Below are positions 57,568 through 64,000 of a stretch of DNA of 64,000 nt, piece after piece. The DNA lies in NCBI GenBank assembly GCA_041661345.1, contig JBAZUO010000001.1, positions 11,298-75,297 of the forward strand, in the 5' to 3' direction. The stretch's first letter is position 1. Each line of letters begins with the position of its first letter. The DNA comes from Candidatus Omnitrophota bacterium. GTDB lineage: Bacteria; Omnitrophota; Gorgyraeia; 2-01-FULL-45-10. The position numbers and the translations under genes were made by a program. Under the pieces are notes generated by a model. It was not told the DNA's origin. It ran no database searches and worked only from the letters and a program-made list of their open reading frames with translations.

Positions 57568-60500
57568 TTATAACGACTTCATCGCCGCCTCTTCGGCTGT
57601 AACAAATTCTCTCATATGGCCGTTAATATCCTCTTCCTTTATCGGAGGCAATATTATCTCAATATCTCCTTTTTTTAATCTCTCCATAAAATCATTCATG
57701 GTCAATTTACTTAACTCTTGATCTTTATATGATATGGAAGATAAAAGGTTAATCACCTTGGCATAATAAGCCGGGTCTTTATTAACATTGAGCTCCAGGA
57801 TTCCCAATCCCAGTGCTATGTGCCCACCTATCGAAAGATATCCGGAGCGATTGTTGCCCCCATCCCTGGCAACATCCCTTACTGTAAAATACTGTTTGGC
57901 TATATCCTCATAAGCTTCAACTTTTTCATTTGTATTTCCGTCAATATAGATTACCGTATTCTTGCCGGTAAGCACGCCTTCAGTATTAGTATAGATTTTA
58001 TCTCTTAATTGCTCAAGAGTTCCATCATAGAACGTAACCGTTATGTTACCTATTCTAAATTGTTTGTTAAGCCCATTTCTGATTGCCGTCCAACTGCTTT
58101 GAACTTTGTTCTGTAACGCGCCGTTGGCTAAATTACAGAGTCTAGGAGATAAGCTTGGTATAAATAAATAAACTGGCTTGTCCGGTACGTTTGTGGACTT
58201 CAGAAGCTCCTTAGCATTTTTCATTACACCGACAACATATTTTACTGTTTCGAGAATGTCTATTGCCCTGGCATCACCTGCTGCGAGTCCTTTGATGACT
58301 TCTCTCAGGTTCTTCATGTTTGCGTCTTTGGCAAATTCACTGTCGCGTCCAACAATTTCGTCAAATTTTTCTAGTGGATCAATCGCCTTTGAGGCCGGCG
58401 CAACTTCCTGCCCTTTTTGATATATTTGCAGCAATTCTGCTAATGGCATTTCAAAACGCGCTATCGCAGCATCGTTTATGCCCGCATACGAAACCACGGT
58501 CTGAACTCCCTTAACATTAATTACAGCAGTTGCTGTTTCGTAAACAACGCCGCCTACATCACCTCCTCGCAATAGATCGGCTTGAGGCTGCGGCAATTCG
58601 ACAGGCCTTCCAGAAAATTCTAATCTTTTACTAGCCGGGTTATAATGCAAGATAGCCACTGCGGTTACGTATTTTTTCTTATCCGCGCCCTCTATCGATT
58701 TTGCTTTATGCGTGAACGCGAGATACACATCCTTTCCCCTCTCCGGCAATGCGCAGATAATGGTGTTAAAACCTATGTGGTGAACATCCCCTCCCGGACT
58801 CATGATAGTCGAATTGAATACAGTATGATCATCATCCTTCCAATATTGCGCATCTTTATCGGCACACGCTTCAAACGCCTTATCCAGGCTATCGAACATA
58901 TAAACCTGTATTGCTGATTTTTTATTGGGTTCATCAGCCCTGTCAATTACGGCAACTCTTCCGTTTTCCAACTGAACTATATACGCATTTTTACTATTTA
59001 CGGTAGGATTTCCCAACCTGCGGATTTCTGTTTCTCTGGTCCCATCCTCGTTCAGATATACAAAATAGGTATGCCATTCTGATCCGTTATTATCAGGCAT
59101 CGTAAATGTCATGGCCCAACTTTCGCCGATCTTCATTATCCTCGGATCTTCGGCGCCTTCGACAAAAACCTCCTTTTCGGCAATAAGCTCAGTCTCTGTC
59201 ATGCCGGGATTAAGTCTCACTATATCCGATTTATGCGGCTTGCTCGTGTCGGTGTTTTTAGAAACGCGCCGCGCGTAATGACAAATTACATTTCCGCCCA
59301 CCTCTAATGTAGCAGGATTGAAATATTTATATTCTTTATCGCTTGGGATCATGAGCGTCCCGTCCCTGGTTTTAGCAGCTTGTTCTATATCAGTAACCGG
59401 CGCAGCATGGCTAACGATATAATCGCGTAAAATATCAGGATTCATACCAACAAGCGCTTCACGATTATCGATACGGTATATACCGGTATTGGGCTCGCTT
59501 GTCGTACCGGGATACAGCACAGCTGGTATCTCACCCGAGGCCTTCGCGATCTCCGTACTGTCCGGCGGTTCCGTGACAAAAATAGTACCCGTATCAGAGA
59601 TAGAAAATAGGTGCCGAAGGGCCAGATAATTCATCAGGTCATCTATGGTAGTTGCCTGGCTTCTATTCCTATTTTCATTTATAATTTTCTGATAATACCG
59701 CATTGGATATAGCACATTCCTGAAAAATATGAACTGTGGGGCCTGTCCAGCATTGCCTAGTATATTTTGGATGTTTTTCCCATCAAAAACATTTATATTA
59801 CAGAGGTAGATATCAACCTTCAACTTACCCCTTAACGACGATAACGTTTTGGTAAACTCGTGGTCCTCGATTTTGTTTTCAGCCTTTGGAATATTTTCCA
59901 GCCTGGGATCCATTACGTAAACGGATATTGCCCAATCGGCGGGGTTCTCGCCGACTTCCTGCAATTGTGTGTGCAGAGCCCCGAGCGTTCGGAGGATTTC
60001 GAGAGGCCTTTTACCTGTGCCTACAAAACATAACGTAATCTTTTTTTCGGATATCGCGCTGTTCTTTTTCCCGATGATATATTCCTTGAACCTCCCTTTC
60101 ACGTCCGCCAACTGAGGAAATAAGCTTTGTCTCCTATCGTTATCGCCATACGCGACAGAGTCATTGCCTACATGATATGTAAGAACTCTCTCGACAGTAT
60201 TGTTCAATGTGTCTTCCGGATAACCAAGCCCGGAGATCTCTTCCTTAAGAGATGCCCGCAGTGAATCCATATCAGATGCCTGCAGCTGTCGGAGAATATG
60301 TATTTTAAAGTCATCCCTGCTTAGCTTGTTGGCCGGCGCAATGGCCGCGGCCGGTTTTTCGTTATGCATAGCAGCACCATCTATGATGCTCTGGCGCAGA
60401 GTAACAACACCGGGCGTAAGGCTAGCGCCCTCTATCGGACTGACACCTCTCGCCTCGGTTGGGAAAGCCGCCATGCCGCGGTATTCGCCCTCCATATTCC

Positions 60501-63500
60501 TACCCATGCCATATAGTTGCGTAACTACTCCGTTCTGCCTGCTCATATACAAAGCAGCTATTGACAAGAATATGTCGTGCGCGGTAGATTCATATTCCTG
60601 GCCGTACCTATCTACGAATAGCTTTACATATTTACTCAAGTTATCGATTAAATCGCCGTCGGAGCCCCATTGCCTGGCCCCTTCCTCGCCGATCAAGATT
60701 CTCAAAGCATTTCTTAGAACTCGTTTCCTGTATGCTAATCGCAGACCCTCCTCGTTCTGCGGCCCTCTTTCGGATATATTATTTACTTTAACTGTATCCG
60801 ACACGGTATAGATCTTGCTAAAATCGATAAGCTTCACATTCCCATCAGGCATGACAAGAAAATTTTCCAGGTTATCTATGTCATTATCCACATAGCTATC
60901 GCCCATTTGCGCTGAATCGAGCAAAAACGCCGCACCCAGTATTATCTGTGCCGCGATATGAAGCATCCTCGCGCCGCTTGTGTTCCAATCTTCTACATTG
61001 TCCGTCAATGTTTTAAGATCTGCCACGTTCGGCACGAATCTGTCTATCTCGACGACGTCTTCTCTGCGCCCATATTTAATCCTGAACACTGCTATATTAT
61101 CCGCAAAATACGGATTATTCTTTGTAGCCGAAATGATCTTATTGAGTCTATTTTCGGCCTGGGCTGTACGCCGGGAAAGAATATCTTCGGATACATTCTC
61201 CTCGCCTGGCCTTTCCGGGGTTATTATCTTCACAACGGCATCTTCTCTACCCGAAACGGCGCCTCTGGCGATCATCGCAAGCCCGTCCGCGCCCCTGCCG
61301 ACAAATTTCGTTATAACCGCGTGTTTCAAAACTTCCGGATTGGCACAGGCATTCAGTATCCTGAATACGCCGTTATAGACAAAGTGCTCTCTTACCTTAC
61401 GGCTCATCTTTTGTTTCGATGCCGCCGACCGTTCTACGACGATTTCCTTCTTGCGGCATTGTATCAGCCAGTTAAGTACGCTATTCCTTGCCATATCGAT
61501 GGGCCTTATTCCGAAGAAATCGCAGACCGCCCTTATATTTAACAGCCAACCCTGCCTGTCTGTATTTTTCAACTGCCTGAATACATTCCATATCTGTTCA
61601 ATATATTTAGCTGCCTCTTCCGGCTCACCTGATTCCGCGGCCTTCCGCCATTCTTCCAGTAACCCCCAGGTACTGCCCGGCTCTTTTTTTGATGCCTCGA
61701 CCTTGTCTTTTAGATCATCCCACTCTTTTCCGGCAAGGCCGACCGATTTCAGGATTTCGTATTCTATCGCAGGAGTGGGTATGGCGGAAGGGGCATTCAT
61801 TTCGGTACCCGCCAATAGCCCGCCGAGCTTCCCACTGTTTCCAAACCCCGCTACCGCCTCTTCTGTCAGATAAAATTTCGAGACATCGCTTGCGATCGCA
61901 TGAAGCCTCTGCAATATCAGGACAAGATCGCTTGAGTCAAGATGCCTTTCCTGGCCCTTTGCTATACCCTTCTCCTTTTCTTTATCGATATAATTCCGCA
62001 GATTCTCTTTCGTCAGGCAACTCTGAATGAACTTTTCGAATTTGGCCGATAAATAATCACCTTGCGACCTGGTTATCGCGATAAAACTATCTCTTATAAC
62101 CACAATATCATCTTCTGTCAGGTTGTCGAGATCGCTCGCGTTCTTACGCATATCCGTAAGTATCCCTGCTATCGTCCTGCTGAACCCGCGCTCCATATGG
62201 GCGAGCCTATATTCGTCGTAGGCTTTCTTGATGATTTTTTTGAATTCAGCCCGCGCCGCCGCAACACCTCTTTCTATAAGCATATTCTGCACATGCCTGG
62301 CATAGTAATGCGCTTCATCCTCTGATATACCCTGGCTTCGCAAACCTATCTCTACAATTTCATGCAAAATATCGCTGACTATAAGCCTTGCCTCATGCGT
62401 CAGCTGGTCGATATTAACGGCATTGGTGAAACCGAGCCTTCTCAATTGTTCCAGCCTGTTTCTCGGAAATACTATTTTGCGGACACCATTATGCATTATT
62501 ATTGCGGCACCGAGCCTGCCCCCCTCCGACGTAATACGCTTTTCTCCAACATCCATCAAAAGAATCCTATTTTCAAATCCGCTTACTATATCGCCGCCAA
62601 AACCCATCGGTGCCAAAAGTTCGAGTATTTTCCGAATATCCTCCTTATCCTCCGGCGTATGTTTGCTATTAAGCGCAGCTACCAATCTATCCAGATTCTT
62701 CGGCGCAAGCTCGTCCTTCGCTTTTAGTCTTCCGGCCGTCGCCTCCATCTTATCCGCAGCCTCTCTCACCGCCTCCAGCAACTCTTCACCTTCGTGCGCG
62801 GCGCCTTCGACAACTCCCGGCTTCGCCACGGTGACTGCTACGGATGGCGCTGCAGTGGCAGTTATATCGGCCAGCTCTTGCCTACGCTGACTCTCTGTCA
62901 TCTTCTCAAGAGACCTGAGATATTCCAGGACGCCCACCTTTTTCTTATTTACAATGAAGGACATAAAATATTGGTTCAATTCAATGCCTAAACGATCACA
63001 TATAGCGCTGATCTCTTCCGCTTCTTTGCCACCCAATTTTTCATCGATACCCGCGGCTCCGGCTCCGTAGCGCGTCTCTGCCTCCGGTGATGACATTCGA
63101 TTAAGAACTCTTATTGCAACCAGAACGTTTTCCTGCGCTTTCTGGGTAAGGCCGATCAAATCCCCCTTCACAGCTTCTTCATCATACAGACCGGTCTTTA
63201 TATTCAACATCAGGCTTATTCTTGTGCATTCTTCATCCAATCCATTAAAAGCGATGGCTCTATCGATATCACAATTCAGGATATTTCCATCCTCACCCAC
63301 AGTTGCCCAGACTATGATATCTTCGCCGATAACTTTACCGCTATTGCGTACACCGTTCATTTTATTGATATTATTATAGACAATCTGAAATGACGCAATT
63401 GCCGCCTTCCCATGGCTATATGCCGAATATATATCGGTTATGGTCGTGTCTATCGGAACCATGGAATCACTTTCGCGGTCTTTCCGCTCAGCCTTAACCG

Positions 63501-63984
63501 TATCGCCCTGCATATCGGTTATACGCGCCATACCTTCGTTTGCATATACTACAATATCTCCGATATCAAGACTCGGAGTTATGGGTACTTTAATGCCGTC
63601 CCCCGAACGGGTAAAATACCCGAATGCTTCCTTAAAACACGATCGCACATCATTGTTATCCCAAAAAGCTGTCAATTTCATTAAAAATGGTTTCAGCTCA
63701 ACCAGCATCTCTCTTTCATCATACGTATATTCATCGCCAACTACTTCATTGATAGCCGTTAAAAGACTATAAACGGATTTAAACACATCTTCTAATTCTT
63801 CCGCGTATTGTACGCGCCCTTTATTGAATTGCGTGTAATATACAGCTGCCTCCAGAATATTGAATAATATCAGTTTATTAGACTCATATTTATCGGCAAC
63901 ATCGAATTCATCCATATCTTCCAAAAATGCCAATTTTTCGGCATATTTAACCATGTCTCTATTTGCCATAATCCTCAGCCACAA
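57568..63984 (-). CDS. giant multi-domain protein 2 (at least 2,133-2,138 aa) with a kinase-like region and a GH130/DUF377-like glycosidase-like region
   Basis: Track ORF. TTG 63984 lies 11 nt after GGAGG, and ATG 63969 is the alternative. The frame has no stop up to nt 64000, so the true N-terminus may lie outside the window. Confidence 0.8.
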   Translation of the reverse strand: MWLRIMANRDMVKYAEKLAFLEDMDEFDVADKYESNKLILFNILEAAVYYTQFNKGRVQYAEELEDVFKSVYSLLTAINEVVGDEYTYDEREMLVELKPFLMKLTAFWDNNDVRSCFKEAFGYFTRSGDGIKVPITPSLDIGDIVVYANEGMARITDMQGDTVKAERKDRESDSMVPIDTTITDIYSAYSHGKAAIASFQIVYNNINKMNGVRNSGKVIGEDIIVWATVGEDGNILNCDIDRAIAFNGLDEECTRISLMLNIKTGLYDEEAVKGDLIGLTQKAQENVLVAIRVLNRMSSPEAETRYGAGAAGIDEKLGGKEAEEISAICDRLGIELNQYFMSFIVNKKKVGVLEYLRSLEKMTESQRRQELADITATAAPSVAVTVAKPGVVEGAAHEGEELLEAVREAADKMEATAGRLKAKDELAPKNLDRLVAALNSKHTPEDKEDIRKILELLAPMGFGGDIVSGFENRILLMDVGEKRITSEGGRLGAAIIMHNGVRKIVFPRNRLEQLRRLGFTNAVNIDQLTHEARLIVSDILHEIVEIGLRSQGISEDEAHYYARHVQNMLIERGVAAARAEFKKIIKKAYDEYRLAHMERGFSRTIAGILTDMRKNASDLDNLTEDDIVVIRDSFIAITRSQGDYLSAKFEKFIQSCLTKENLRNYIDKEKEKGIAKGQERHLDSSDLVLILQRLHAIASDVSKFYLTEEAVAGFGNSGKLGGLLAGTEMNAPSAIPTPAIEYEILKSVGLAGKEWDDLKDKVEASKKEPGSTWGLLEEWRKAAESGEPEEAAKYIEQIWNVFRQLKNTDRQGWLLNIRAVCDFFGIRPIDMARNSVLNWLIQCRKKEIVVERSAASKQKMSRKVREHFVYNGVFRILNACANPEVLKHAVITKFVGRGADGLAMIARGAVSGREDAVVKIITPERPGEENVSEDILSRRTAQAENRLNKIISATKNNPYFADNIAVFRIKYGRREDVVEIDRFVPNVADLKTLTDNVEDWNTSGARMLHIAAQIILGAAFLLDSAQMGDSYVDNDIDNLENFLVMPDGNVKLIDFSKIYTVSDTVKVNNISERGPQNEEGLRLAYRKRVLRNALRILIGEEGARQWGSDGDLIDNLSKYVKLFVDRYGQEYESTAHDIFLSIAALYMSRQNGVVTQLYGMGRNMEGEYRGMAAFPTEARGVSPIEGASLTPGVVTLRQSIIDGAAMHNEKPAAAIAPANKLSRDDFKIHILRQLQASDMDSLRASLKEEISGLGYPEDTLNNTVERVLTYHVGNDSVAYGDNDRRQSLFPQLADVKGRFKEYIIGKKNSAISEKKITLCFVGTGKRPLEILRTLGALHTQLQEVGENPADWAISVYVMDPRLENIPKAENKIEDHEFTKTLSSLRGKLKVDIYLCNINVFDGKNIQNILGNAGQAPQFIFFRNVLYPMRYYQKIINENRNRSQATTIDDLMNYLALRHLFSISDTGTIFVTEPPDSTEIAKASGEIPAVLYPGTTSEPNTGIYRIDNREALVGMNPDILRDYIVSHAAPVTDIEQAAKTRDGTLMIPSDKEYKYFNPATLEVGGNVICHYARRVSKNTDTSKPHKSDIVRLNPGMTETELIAEKEVFVEGAEDPRIMKIGESWAMTFTMPDNNGSEWHTYFVYLNEDGTRETEIRRLGNPTVNSKNAYIVQLENGRVAVIDRADEPNKKSAIQVYMFDSLDKAFEACADKDAQYWKDDDHTVFNSTIMSPGGDVHHIGFNTIICALPERGKDVYLAFTHKAKSIEGADKKKYVTAVAILHYNPASKRLEFSGRPVELPQPQADLLRGGDVGGVVYETATAVINVKGVQTVVSYAGINDAAIARFEMPLAELLQIYQKGQEVAPASKAIDPLEKFDEIVGRDSEFAKDANMKNLREVIKGLAAGDARAIDILETVKYVVGVMKNAKELLKSTNVPDKPVYLFIPSLSPRLCNLANGALQNKVQSSWTAIRNGLNKQFRIGNITVTFYDGTLEQLRDKIYTNTEGVLTGKNTVIYIDGNTNEKVEAYEDIAKQYFTVRDVARDGGNNRSGYLSIGGHIALGLGILELNVNKDPAYYAKVINLLSSISYKDQELSKLTMNDFMERLKKGDIEIILPPIKEEDINGHMREFVTAEEAAMKSL

Positions 63985-64000
63985 GTTGTGCAGGGCCTCC

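Overview
The window is mostly one long minus-strand array of bacterial housekeeping genes: alaS-recX-recA, pgpA-pgsA-rimO-ftsK-dut-pnp-rpsO-ribF-truB-nrnA-rbfA, xerD, ligA, ribBA-ribH-nusB-ribD-ribE and smc. It also has one tRNA-Pro(CGG) and an FMN riboswitch. I saw no rRNA, CRISPR array, transposase or phage genes. Two things are not ordinary. (1) There are two giant ORFs. One is an uninterrupted 21,042-nt ORF (4393..25434, 7,013 aa) with several hydrophobic segments. It strings together intact-looking GH13, GH77 and GH13 alpha-glucan enzyme cores, a degenerate Fic/Doc-like motif, arginase-like and transglutaminase-like motif sets, an HExxH motif and long unrecognisable stretches, joined by repeated linker peptides. 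The other is a 2,138-aa ORF (57568..63984) whose frame is still open at the right window edge. By eye the two share a C-terminal module and look more AT-rich than the surrounding genes. (2) Four intergenic gaps (35551..36121, 40051..40454, 48901..49322, 56770..57472) are filled by a modular, hairpin-rich repeat system. R1 is about 400-420 nt with two helix-closed domains. R2 is about 288 nt and palindrome-ended. Compensatory base changes between copies preserve the pairing. Two smaller hairpin repeat families (R3, R4) occur elsewhere. Giant mosaic ORFs recall uncultivated lineages such as Omnitrophota, but that placement is only inference. All domain calls are by-eye motif recognition; I ran no searches.
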